From Corallochytrium limacisporum Hawaii (lineage: Eukaryota; Protista; Pluriformea), in assembly GCA_002811645.1 (NCBI GenBank), contig PDIP01000122.1:245962-309961 (forward strand): a stretch of 64,000 nucleotides of DNA. The letters run 5' to 3'. The notes below the pieces were generated by a model, which ran no database searches, had not been told where the DNA came from, and was given only the letters and a program-made list of their open reading frames with translations. How positions within the stretch are numbered: position 1 is the first letter of the stretch; each line of letters begins with the position of its first letter. Below, one piece after another: positions 1-9,180 of this stretch. The position numbers were made by a program, and so were the translations under genes.

Positions 1-24
1 AAACTCAAGGACTTGCGTTCCTCT

Positions 25-2097
25 ATGCGCAGCAGCGTAAGTTCTGTAGAGAAGAAGATCCTGAGTTCGGGGCACAATGGCAAGCCCAACACTAGTCCTC
101 GGGACAGCAACGTACCTGTAAGTCCAGGCCGGAGCAGGACTTTTCGTAAGAAGAAAAGTGAACTATACATCCGAGCGCTTACCTACCTGACCGATGAGGA
201 GAGGCAGACCCTGAAGGTCATGTACAGCCATCTGGCGAAGCGCAGGCAGCCCACCAACACCTTGGACAAGGAAACTTTCCTACAGTACGTGCCCTTGCCA
301 GGTATGTTGGGCGAGCGCCTCTTCAAGGTGTTTGACAGGGCATCGGACCATGTTCTTCATAAAGACGAGTTCTTGTATGGCATGGCCATCCTGATCCGTG
401 GAACGGACGAGGACAAGTTCCATTTCCTCTTTGACATCTTCAACCTCGATGAAAGTGATGGAATCAGACCCAACGAATTGTCTGCTGTCTTGTTCAGCAT
501 CGTAGACGGCGACTGTGAACAGTTCCATCTCGGTTTGTGCGAGATGGACGAGCCTTGCAAATTGCTCACGGGTCCTGAAGGTGAATCACTAAGTGCGGAT
601 GAGGTTGTGGACAACATTGTGTCCCGGGCCATGGCTGATTTTGATACAAATTCATCAGGAAAACTTGAGTTTGAGCAATTTGTGGAGTGGCTAAAGGGCA
701 ATGAATTGGCCCAAACCACCGTATTCTATGACTCCCTCATGAGTACCATGTCCTTGTGCATCAGCGGAACATCATTGGAGCGCCGACCAAGCAACACGGT
801 CCTACAGGCTACGGGTGCCTCATTGGCTGGCAATTTGAAGATGAAAAAGAGCCCCATGTACGTGACGCGGTACGTTGTGCTCAAGGACGCCAGTGTATCG
901 ATCTACAAAGAGCGAAATGACTTCATGCCTAGCGATGCGATCTTTCTGGGTGGTGCTAGTGTTGAGGTCGATGAGGAAGCGCTGAGCAAGGGCGAGTACA
1001 AGATTGAAATTATATTTCCCGAGTACACCACGAAGTTCCAGTGCACGGATAAGGCGGAAATGGACAAATGGCTACCCGCTTTGAAGAATGCGGCCCAGGT
1101 TCGCATGCTTGAGGATGACTACAATATTTTCCGCGATCGGGTCCTAGGCAGTGGTGCCTTTAGTGATGTTGTATATGGCAAGAACAAGGTTACTGGGGTG
1201 GATGTCGCGCTGAAGATTATCAGCAAGGAAGACATGGTTCGGGAGGAAGCAGACGATTTGTACAGTGAGATTGCAATTCTTAAAATTCTAGCGCATCCAA
1301 ACATGGTGGTGCTGCATGACGTACTGGAGACCCAGCAGCAGATGTGCATTGTGACTGAAGTGCTGGAAGGTGGTGATCTTTTGCGGCGATTGGAGACCAA
1401 TGATAAGAAAGGCGTCACTTTCAACGAGAGTGACGCCCAAATTATCATTCGGCAGTTCTTGGAGGCCGTACATTACCTGCACAAGCGCGGCATTGTACAT
1501 CGGGACTTGAAGCCGAACAACGCAGTGTTCATCACAAAGACTCCGGGAGACCTCCGCATTAAGGTGATTGATTTCGGATTTGCCAAGTTTGTAACGGATG
1601 ACGCGAACTTGGAAGATGCGCGTGGAACACGCAAGTACTTTGCACCTGAGGTGGTTGCTGGCAAACCACATGGAAAACCTATTGACATGTGGTGCATTGG
1701 CATTATTATGTATCGCCTGCTGCTTGGCGGCTTCCCATTCACAGGTCGTGACGAGGCTGACTTGTTCCGCAATATTCGGGCCTCCAAAGTGCGCAAGACA
1801 GCTGCGTTTGAGGAGTTGTCCTCGGCGGCCAGGGAGTTGATGCACGAACTGTTCCGCACTCTGCCCAAGATGCGCATCACTGCTGAGAAAGCCCTCCTAC
1901 ACAGCTGGCTCCTCGACAGCTACGACAGTGACTACGACAGTGCGACCAACGGCGTCCCCAGCTTGCCTACAACTCCCATCAAAGAGGATAGTCGTACGTC
2001 CTTGGACACTCGGCCTGAGTCCCATCTCCGCCACTCGTCAAAGGCCAGCGATGTCACCGACGACACAGCAGCCCCCGGCATTGAGGCTGGAAATTAA
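25..2097 (+). CDS. EF-hand + PH + CAMK-group Ser/Thr protein kinase (CDPK7-like architecture); may start upstream of the window
   Basis: N-terminal EF-hand loops (DRASDHVLHKDE, NLDESDGIRPNE, DTNSSGKLEFEQ). PH domain (GNLKMKK...RYVVLKD...EMDKWLPALKNA). Kinase motifs LGSGAFS, VALK, HRDLKPNN, DFG, APE. First ATG is at 25, but the frame is open back to base 1. Confidence 0.88.
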   Translation: MRSSVSSVEKKILSSGHNGKPNTSPRDSNVPVSPGRSRTFRKKKSELYIRALTYLTDEERQTLKVMYSHLAKRRQPTNTLDKETFLQYVPLPGMLGERLFKVFDRASDHVLHKDEFLYGMAILIRGTDEDKFHFLFDIFNLDESDGIRPNELSAVLFSIVDGDCEQFHLGLCEMDEPCKLLTGPEGESLSADEVVDNIVSRAMADFDTNSSGKLEFEQFVEWLKGNELAQTTVFYDSLMSTMSLCISGTSLERRPSNTVLQATGASLAGNLKMKKSPMYVTRYVVLKDASVSIYKERNDFMPSDAIFLGGASVEVDEEALSKGEYKIEIIFPEYTTKFQCTDKAEMDKWLPALKNAAQVRMLEDDYNIFRDRVLGSGAFSDVVYGKNKVTGVDVALKIISKEDMVREEADDLYSEIAILKILAHPNMVVLHDVLETQQQMCIVTEVLEGGDLLRRLETNDKKGVTFNESDAQIIIRQFLEAVHYLHKRGIVHRDLKPNNAVFITKTPGDLRIKVIDFGFAKFVTDDANLEDARGTRKYFAPEVVAGKPHGKPIDMWCIGIIMYRLLLGGFPFTGRDEADLFRNIRASKVRKTAAFEELSSAARELMHELFRTLPKMRITAEKALLHSWLLDSYDSDYDSATNGVPSLPTTPIKEDSRTSLDTRPESHLRHSSKASDVTDDTAAPGIEAGN

Positions 2098-2222
2098 CAT
2101 CACACAACATTCAACTTACATATACATTGCACCATACATTTCATTACAGGGACACATCGCACACAGGCAATGGAATATGATATTGGTTAGTCTATTAGGA
2201 TGATGTTTGATGATACATGTTG

Positions 2223-2852
2223 TTACAAGCCACCGAAGGCCCAGACCAGAAGGAGAATGATGCCAACAGCAATTGCAGTGATGATCAAAATCACTGTGAA
2301 CGTGACGCAGCAAATAGTAGCAATCAATACGTTGCGATCGTGCTTGCCCCTCTTTTCACTTCCCTGTTCCATATGCTTCTCGTATAACCGTTTGTTCCGC
2401 ACATTGGCCTTGCGAAAGAAGTCGTAGCAGTCTCCAAAAATTGGGATCGCACCAATACAGGAGTCAAGGGTAAGATTGTACAGCATACGAGTGGTTGTCC
2501 AACGACTCTGTACGGGAGCCACCTGGGCAATGAATGCGAGACCGATAAAGTAGCCCGTTAGGTCACCGACGAAGGGAATAAGACCCAGAAGAGGGTCGAG
2601 CCCAAACCGCCAGTCCGTACCAGGTACTCGGAACGCCTCATCCATGACATAGGCAACTCGCTCTAGCCGTTTGTAGGCATCCCATTCCTCCTTGGTCTTT
2701 ATAGTGATGGTCTTGTTCTTACCTATCAACAAAGTTTTCGGCCTCCAGCCGTCCTTATCCGGTTCTCCTTCATCAATCACCTGAGCCCAGGCCTCCGGTG
2801 GTGGCTCGTCAGGGGGAGGCTCATTGGCACTGTCACGTTTTCCCCAGAACAT
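2223..2852 (-). CDS. DUF4112 family membrane protein
   Basis: Motifs MDEAFRVPGTDWRFGLDPLLGLIPFVGD and GAIPIFGDCYDFFRKANVRN match DUF4112; C-terminal TM helix. First ATG is at 2852 (the ORF track starts at GTG 2867). Confidence 0.82.
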   Translation of the reverse strand: MFWGKRDSANEPPPDEPPPEAWAQVIDEGEPDKDGWRPKTLLIGKNKTITIKTKEEWDAYKRLERVAYVMDEAFRVPGTDWRFGLDPLLGLIPFVGDLTGYFIGLAFIAQVAPVQSRWTTTRMLYNLTLDSCIGAIPIFGDCYDFFRKANVRNKRLYEKHMEQGSEKRGKHDRNVLIATICCVTFTVILIITAIAVGIILLLVWAFGGL

Positions 2853-3339
2853 ACTCTGTCGGGACACCTGAGGAACACGTTGTACTAAATCGAGACAGAT
2901 TACCTTGGCCGTTCACAGTCAGCAATCCATCCAGACAAGTGCACATAGGTTATGAACTGCTTCAACTACCTATCTACAACCAGCATGATTTGTGGAACAG
3001 ATCAAACCCCGGTTAGCAGGAGTCAACTTGACCAGTGCTGCAGGAAGATCATCAATTGCTCTACCAAACTTCCCCCTTTCAATAGTCCCAGTGGGTTACG
3101 GGTCACCGCCTCGAACCCATCACCGTATTCGGACATATTGCAGCCACTGGTGGTGGCGATCAGCGGAACGTCAGCGCGACCGACCCTCCCCCCTCGCCAG
3201 ATCTCCCGGCAGAACACCCGCTGAAGAGAGAGCCGCACTCAACCCAGTCCGGTACCGAATACACTAACCAAGGAGCACAGCATTTCCCGGGGGGGGGGGC
3301 CGGTCCCGCGGGCGCGCTGGTAGAGTGATTCCTCCCTGG

Positions 3340-4600
3340 AGAGAATGTGTCAAGAAAAAAAAAAGAAAAAGAAAGTATAGCGATCGGTGGTCGCTCGGCC
3401 GGTGGTCCATGGATATTAAACTGATTCCCTAACAAAAATGTAAATTGTATCACCGGGGGTCTCATTATTTTGAAAGGCGAGAATAGTGAATGATAATAAA
3501 GAAAGGAAGGAGGAACGGGAGAGAAAGAAAGAGAGAGAGAGAGAGAGACGGTAGAGGCCGAAGGGAGCGGAGGATGGTGGGGCATCCCTCCCTTCTCTTG
3601 CTCGGTGTGCCGGCGGTTTGTGTTCGGGCGCAAAGCTTTCTAAAGAGAGAGCGACGCGGGTTGGAAAGAAAAGGGGAAAAAAAAAGAGGCGCGCGGCCCT
3701 GGCCGGGCCAGTCGGCGTAGCCAAGCATCGGTGGGCAAAGTGGGCGAAGAGGGGAGGGGAGAGAGAGATAGAGAGAGAGAGAGAGGGAAGGGACGAGAGC
3801 TTTTGGGCTGTGTGCCCTTAAGTCCGGGCTTGGGGAGAACCCGGGGGTGGAGGATGCCAAAAAAGACCGGAGATTGGCAATCGCGCCTTTTTTCTTTTTC
3901 CTTTTTTTTTTTTTTGGCTACACCGGCCGTGGTGGGAGAAGGGGGGGTACCAGAACGGCCAGCGATGGGAATTTGGAGGGAGGGGGGGAGGGGGGCACGA
4001 GAGCGAGCACACACACCGGGAAACGGAGGGAGGAGCCGGAAAAACCCGGTAGCATGCAAAGCGCAGAGACCGAAGGCAGAGAGAGTACCAGCCCACAGTG
4101 GGAGAACCGGCACAGAGAGAGAGGGAGAGAGAAAGGGAGAGAGAGAGGACACCACGAGCAGGCCGTGAGTGACAGGGAAGGGTTTCTGAGAAGGAGCACA
4201 ATTTTTTCTTTCCTACTTTTTCTTTGTTTTATTTCTTCAACATTTTTTGCAACGCACTTGTGACTGTACTCTGTGCCCGGGCCGCCCCATTGGCCAGAAC
4301 CCCGATTGTCCTGCGCAGTCAACCGGTGACAAGGGGACCCGGCAGTGTGTGTGTGCAGGAAAGAAGACACGGGCCAAACTCTCTCCCTCTCGCTCTCTGC
4401 ACGAAGCAAGGCAGCGAAAGAGCGGAGGTCGGAAAGGAAAACCAAAAAGAAAAAAAGAAAAAGGGGGGGGGGGGGGGAGCAGAAGGAAAAGAAAAGAAGG
4501 GAAAAAAAATATGGCCCAGCTTGGGGAAGTGCGGTGGGGGCCTCCTGGAAGGTCGGTGCTTGTGACTGGCTGGAAAGCGGAGGGGAAGGGGGGGGGCCCG
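3340..4600. repeat. Purine-rich low-complexity tract ((GA)n, A-runs, G-runs) in the divergent DUF4112/JmjC intergenic region
   Basis: (GA)9 at 3531-3548, GA tracts near 3760-3785 and 4115-4147, G-run near 4462-4477; strong + strand purine bias. Confidence 0.85.
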
Positions 4601-4961
4601 TTTCGTAGATCGTCCCTCTGAGAGAGGATGGCGGGGTGTCCAGCACCATGTTATCGCCAAAAGGGTATGGCAGGAAACCCGGAGATTTCAAATTTGCCGC
4701 CAACGACATGATTGATACGCACTTGTAATGACTTGTGTTGGGGGAGCATGGTATGTGGATCTTAAGGTACTTACTTTGATCCATGTGGTACACGAGGGTT
4801 GGCATACCATGGACAACAAGCCTTTAGTAGTGACCAGGTGCGACTGGGAATGTCACATGTCAGGGGGATGAACGAAACCAGAAAATAGTGAAATTCGCGC
4901 CATCATGTGAGCTAAGTTTATAGACATTCTTTCAAGAGCACAGAAAGGGCCGCTCGTAGCC

Positions 4962-6893
4962 ATGGCACAGACACACAGAGGCTCGACAGGGAGCTTGAAT
5001 GGTACGCCGCAGGAGACCTACGAAGTCCTTGAGACCAATTCCCATGGGGCCTTTCCGACAGGATCCAAAAGACCGCTGGATAGTAGGGTTGTATTGAAAC
5101 GGGTACGCAGCGAAAATGGGATATTAGCGGATGTTACTGTGGAGGAACAATTGGAGTCGCTGTCCCGGGGAAGCCATAGCAATCCAAACCTCGCAACGGC
5201 CATGTCTGCCGCAATGCATCGTTTTGCTCCGCCCGCAGATTTACCAACGATCAATGTGCATCTTTTGCGCGCCGCAGAGACGCTCTGGGATGTATGTGAG
5301 GCATGGTGGGATAGCACCTACGCCAGGGTCACAATCCATGCACAACACCAGCAGGATCAAGGCAACACTCTTTCGAGGTCCATGGAGTGTTTCTTGCGGC
5401 ACTTTGCCGGGTCTTGGCAGCGGGCGTCTGGAGCCATCAAGAACCAGATGTGGACCGCAGTAGTGAAGCCTCCGCCTCCATCGTCCCAGTCTTTGGGAAG
5501 TAGCAGCTGCGGTTTGCTTGCGGACAATGTCAATTGCAACGCGGAAGGCGTGGGAAGGGAATGTGTCTTGACGGCCTGGCAGGAACTAGAGAAGTGTGGG
5601 AGCTTCAGCAGCAGCTCATCTTCCGCAACCCGCACGCGGATAATGACCGATGAGCATCAGCTCTGGGGCCAGGCATACAATGCTTCTCAGTGTCATAATG
5701 CCATCGCCTTCGCCATGCTCCACGAACCACGGCTGGCCCTCCGGTGCCTTGACATGGCAGTTACATTTGGCCAAGACATCATGGCGGGCGGACCGTCTAC
5801 AGGCAACGCCACACTGAATCTGATCACTGCGTTGCAGAATGTACTGAAAGCTGACGCCGCGGGTCCGAGTGACTATCGACGGTGGATGGCTGCCAATGAA
5901 CGCGAGGTTCTCTGCGATTATGACATGATCGAAGAGTCACAGAAGCCTGGTCAACTATCATGTGCGTACACAGTCGGTCAGCTGGCGGTACTATCGTGTC
6001 CGAGCTTGGAGGCGTTCCAGGAGTGGCATTTACAGCAAGAAGCGGTGGTTCTCCGTGGCTGTATGGAAAAATGGCCCGCCCTTGTAGAGCTACAGGGCTT
6101 GCCGGCGGACGACATGGCTGATTCCACAGGGTACAATGAATACGGCGATGAGACGCGGTCGCTATGGAACCAGAGATCTTTCTGGCAGGGTGTGATGGTG
6201 GGCCGATCCGTACCTTTGCACGTGCTTGATGAGTCTATCGTGGCTTCCAATGGAGGGAAGCTGTCTCAGACATCAGTACGCTTTGTCGACTTTGATATGT
6301 TCCTAGACCAACTCATCAGCAGCCGTAGGTACCCAGCCACCCTCGTGCGGCGACCATCCACAGATAAGCAACCGTCAGATAGGCGCTCACCGAAGTCACC
6401 AATGTCTGCGACACCGGAAGACAGCGATGCCACTGTCCTGGACTCACCATCGCAGCAACGCGGTGTGGTCATGGCCATGGACGCTCATGATCTTCTCGCA
6501 CAGGTACCCACCCTGCAGGAATTGATTCGCACGCCGGACTTCACCTGCCTCGGAAGCAGCTCGCGCCTGCATACCAGTGTTGCCTTCAATCCGCGGGGAC
6601 TTACCTGGCACCTGCGGCGGTACCCTCAACACACATTCCTTTGCCAGGTGGTTGGCCTGCAGAGCGTGCATCTAATCCGCCCAACCAGTGATGGCAGCAT
6701 CACTGCCCACTGTGCTGGGAATGACCCGACGCAGTCCGCATTCGACATCAAGCAGCGCTCCATGGAGGCCAGTGGTGTCAAATGCCATGAATGGGTGCTT
6801 AACCCAGGCGAAATGCTTTTTGTGCCGTCGGGTTGGTGGCTAAAGACTGAATCCCTGACACCAAGCATCGGCGTCATGTTCCATTGGCAATGA
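4962..6893 (+). CDS. JmjC/cupin_8 domain protein, JMJD5(KDM8)-like, probably catalytically inactive
   Basis: PSLEAFQ...AVVLRGCMEKWPAL, HDLLAQVPTLQELIRTPDF, FLCQVVG and VLNPGEMLFVPSGWW...SIGVMFHW align with JMJD5, but the Fe ligands are substituted. Confidence 0.8.
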   Translation: MAQTHRGSTGSLNGTPQETYEVLETNSHGAFPTGSKRPLDSRVVLKRVRSENGILADVTVEEQLESLSRGSHSNPNLATAMSAAMHRFAPPADLPTINVHLLRAAETLWDVCEAWWDSTYARVTIHAQHQQDQGNTLSRSMECFLRHFAGSWQRASGAIKNQMWTAVVKPPPPSSQSLGSSSCGLLADNVNCNAEGVGRECVLTAWQELEKCGSFSSSSSSATRTRIMTDEHQLWGQAYNASQCHNAIAFAMLHEPRLALRCLDMAVTFGQDIMAGGPSTGNATLNLITALQNVLKADAAGPSDYRRWMAANEREVLCDYDMIEESQKPGQLSCAYTVGQLAVLSCPSLEAFQEWHLQQEAVVLRGCMEKWPALVELQGLPADDMADSTGYNEYGDETRSLWNQRSFWQGVMVGRSVPLHVLDESIVASNGGKLSQTSVRFVDFDMFLDQLISSRRYPATLVRRPSTDKQPSDRRSPKSPMSATPEDSDATVLDSPSQQRGVVMAMDAHDLLAQVPTLQELIRTPDFTCLGSSSRLHTSVAFNPRGLTWHLRRYPQHTFLCQVVGLQSVHLIRPTSDGSITAHCAGNDPTQSAFDIKQRSMEASGVKCHEWVLNPGEMLFVPSGWWLKTESLTPSIGVMFHWQ

Positions 6894-7092
6894 TTTCTCC
6901 ACCAGAGCTTCTCTTGGTTAATGCTTGTAAAATACATAGTCTCCTAATATGTTCATGGTGAGCGTACTATTTTATTGGTACAGTGTTTAATCTGTCTAAG
7001 TGCCTTCTGTATCAATCCAGAGTGTCGGCTCTCTGGGAAAAAGACATCGCTAACTGAGCTCTAAGTGTCTAACTTTATAAACTCCGCTTGCC

Positions 7093-8829
7093 CTAGACTC
7101 CCGAACGACGGCTGTCAACCTGTTTGACCATTGGGAATGCAAGCACGTCCCGCATGGTCTTGGTGTTGGACATGAGCATCACAACGCGGTCGATGCCCAT
7201 ACCCCAGCCGATGGTTGGTGGCAGGCCGTACTCCAGGCTTTGACAGTATTCTTCGTCCGGCAGCTGGGCTTCTTCATCGCCTGCAGAGGCCAGACTTTGC
7301 TGCATAGCGAAGCGCTCTCGTTGCACCTTAGGATCGTTCAACTCGAGATAGGCATTGCAGATTTCCATACCAGCCACATATACCTCAAACCGGGATACAA
7401 GCTGCGTGATGGACTTTGCATTGGTGCTGGGGTCCACCTTCGCAAGTGGACTGGTGATGGCAGGGAAGCCGACCACGAAACACGGTCGGTCACTGGGGCA
7501 CTTCGGCAAGACCACCGCCTCCACAGCTTTGTCGAAGAGGGCCGCCAGATTCTTCTCATCAGATTCGCTGACATGTTGGTTGTGTTCCCGACAGATCCGT
7601 ATTGCGTATTCTTTAGCCTTGCTCGACTCTGCATCCATGTCAAGAACTGAAAGAGCCTTGCCGGCCTCCCCTCCATGCTCTGCCAGCACATCCATGATGT
7701 GTAGACGGGGGTACGGCGGATTGTAGTCGATGACCGTATCATTCCACGGCAGATGACCCATATCACCTGCGAACTTTGCAGCAATACTACTAAGGATACC
7801 CTCCGTCATCTCAAACAGCTTCTCAAATGGTTCGTATGCGCAGTAAAACTCGCAACTCGTGAACTCCGGGCTGTGGTCCGCATCAATTGCCTCGTTGCGG
7901 AACTGTTTTCCAATTTCAAAGACTTTGGGCAGTCCACCAACGACGAGGCGCTTCAGGAAGAGCTCCGGCGCCACACGAAGGAATAGTTCGTGGCCCAGGG
8001 CACGGGACTTGCGAGTTTGAAACGGCCGCGCACTGGCACCACCGTGTTGGTTCCATAGAGTCGGCGTTTCCACTTCCACAAAGTCTCTTTGCAGCAAATA
8101 GTTTCGGATAGAAGCATTGATAGTGGACCGTGCTACGATGTTGTTGCCAACTTCTGGGTTTATCAGCATGTCCAGGGTACGCTGACGTGCTCTCTTGCCA
8201 GGGTCTGTGAAATGTCGAGGAATCGGCAGAAGACAAGGGCTGATGATGCGCATATTCGATACGAACAGGGATGGCTCTCCTATCTTGGTCCGCCCGGGTG
8301 TCCCAATTGCCTCCACGAGGTCACCAACGGCCAAGTGCGGCATAGTGACTTTGAATAGATCCGGATCACCGCTACCCTTCAGTGAGTACACGGCCTGAAG
8401 GCGTTTCCGGTTATCTTCCCCGTCTACCTGTTCCTGAGCTCTCGGATCATCGCTGCTGTAACGACCTGCAAGGGCTCCAGGTCCTTGCACAATATCTAGG
8501 AAGTAAAGTTTTGTCGACGCTTTGCGGTGTCCCGCAATGCGACCAACTATTTTGGCTTCTGGCAAACCCGTCTTCTCCAAATCCTCTTTCTTTCCATTCT
8601 GTAACTGTAGGCAGCGAGCCAAAACCTGCTCTATCGACGTGACCGAGTGGGTGTCCCATAACCGCGGCGGGTAGAAGTCTATTCCTTTGGGAAGGACCCT
8701 CTCTTTCACTTCGTCTTCTTTACTTTCTGTACTATATGGTCGAATTGTGAGGTAGCGATGTGGACGGCGAGGTCGAACAAAGGTACACCTAATACGTAGG
8801 CCTGGCCTACGTCCAATTGATCGCAACAT
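7093..8829 (-). CDS. MSK1: Lysyl-tRNA synthetase (class II), mitochondrial type
   Basis: OB-fold (GRIAGHRKASTKLYFLD), FVEVETP, GGASARPF, APELFLKRLVVGG, motif 2 FRNE, motif 3 YGLPPTIGWGMGIDR. ATG 8829 starts an Arg-rich, acid-free presequence (MLRSIGRRPGLRIRC...). Confidence 0.9.
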   Translation of the reverse strand: MLRSIGRRPGLRIRCTFVRPRRPHRYLTIRPYSTESKEDEVKERVLPKGIDFYPPRLWDTHSVTSIEQVLARCLQLQNGKKEDLEKTGLPEAKIVGRIAGHRKASTKLYFLDIVQGPGALAGRYSSDDPRAQEQVDGEDNRKRLQAVYSLKGSGDPDLFKVTMPHLAVGDLVEAIGTPGRTKIGEPSLFVSNMRIISPCLLPIPRHFTDPGKRARQRTLDMLINPEVGNNIVARSTINASIRNYLLQRDFVEVETPTLWNQHGGASARPFQTRKSRALGHELFLRVAPELFLKRLVVGGLPKVFEIGKQFRNEAIDADHSPEFTSCEFYCAYEPFEKLFEMTEGILSSIAAKFAGDMGHLPWNDTVIDYNPPYPRLHIMDVLAEHGGEAGKALSVLDMDAESSKAKEYAIRICREHNQHVSESDEKNLAALFDKAVEAVVLPKCPSDRPCFVVGFPAITSPLAKVDPSTNAKSITQLVSRFEVYVAGMEICNAYLELNDPKVQRERFAMQQSLASAGDEEAQLPDEEYCQSLEYGLPPTIGWGMGIDRVVMLMSNTKTMRDVLAFPMVKQVDSRRSGV

Positions 8830-9180
8830 GCTACCGATTCTGTGCTTGAAAGAGCACGAGTAGTCTTTTGTCTGTATCGCTCTAAGTATTAAGGTCATTC
8901 ATACTGGTTTTCTCTCAACCTATCGGTCCGATTCTTTAAAGACAGCACACGATAAACAGGGCAACTCAAGGTCAGCAATCCCTGGCTGTCCAAAATAGCC
9001 AGGTGGCGGCCTCCATGCCCTCCCGCACTGGTTTTCTCTCGAAACTTTGGGCCGCCCGCTCCCCCTAGTGAGGTGGGGAAGGCTGGGCTCGAACTCAAAT
9101 CCTTTGCATAATTCATTGACTCGCGCACAATGATAATACCAAGTACTATGGGATTTATCAAAAGAAGTACTGATTCTGTC

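Noticed and set aside
3160-4805. Many overlapping ORFs of 70-295 aa
   Set aside because: They translate GA/CT/G-run low-complexity DNA (poly-ER, SL, F, P) and are not credible proteins.
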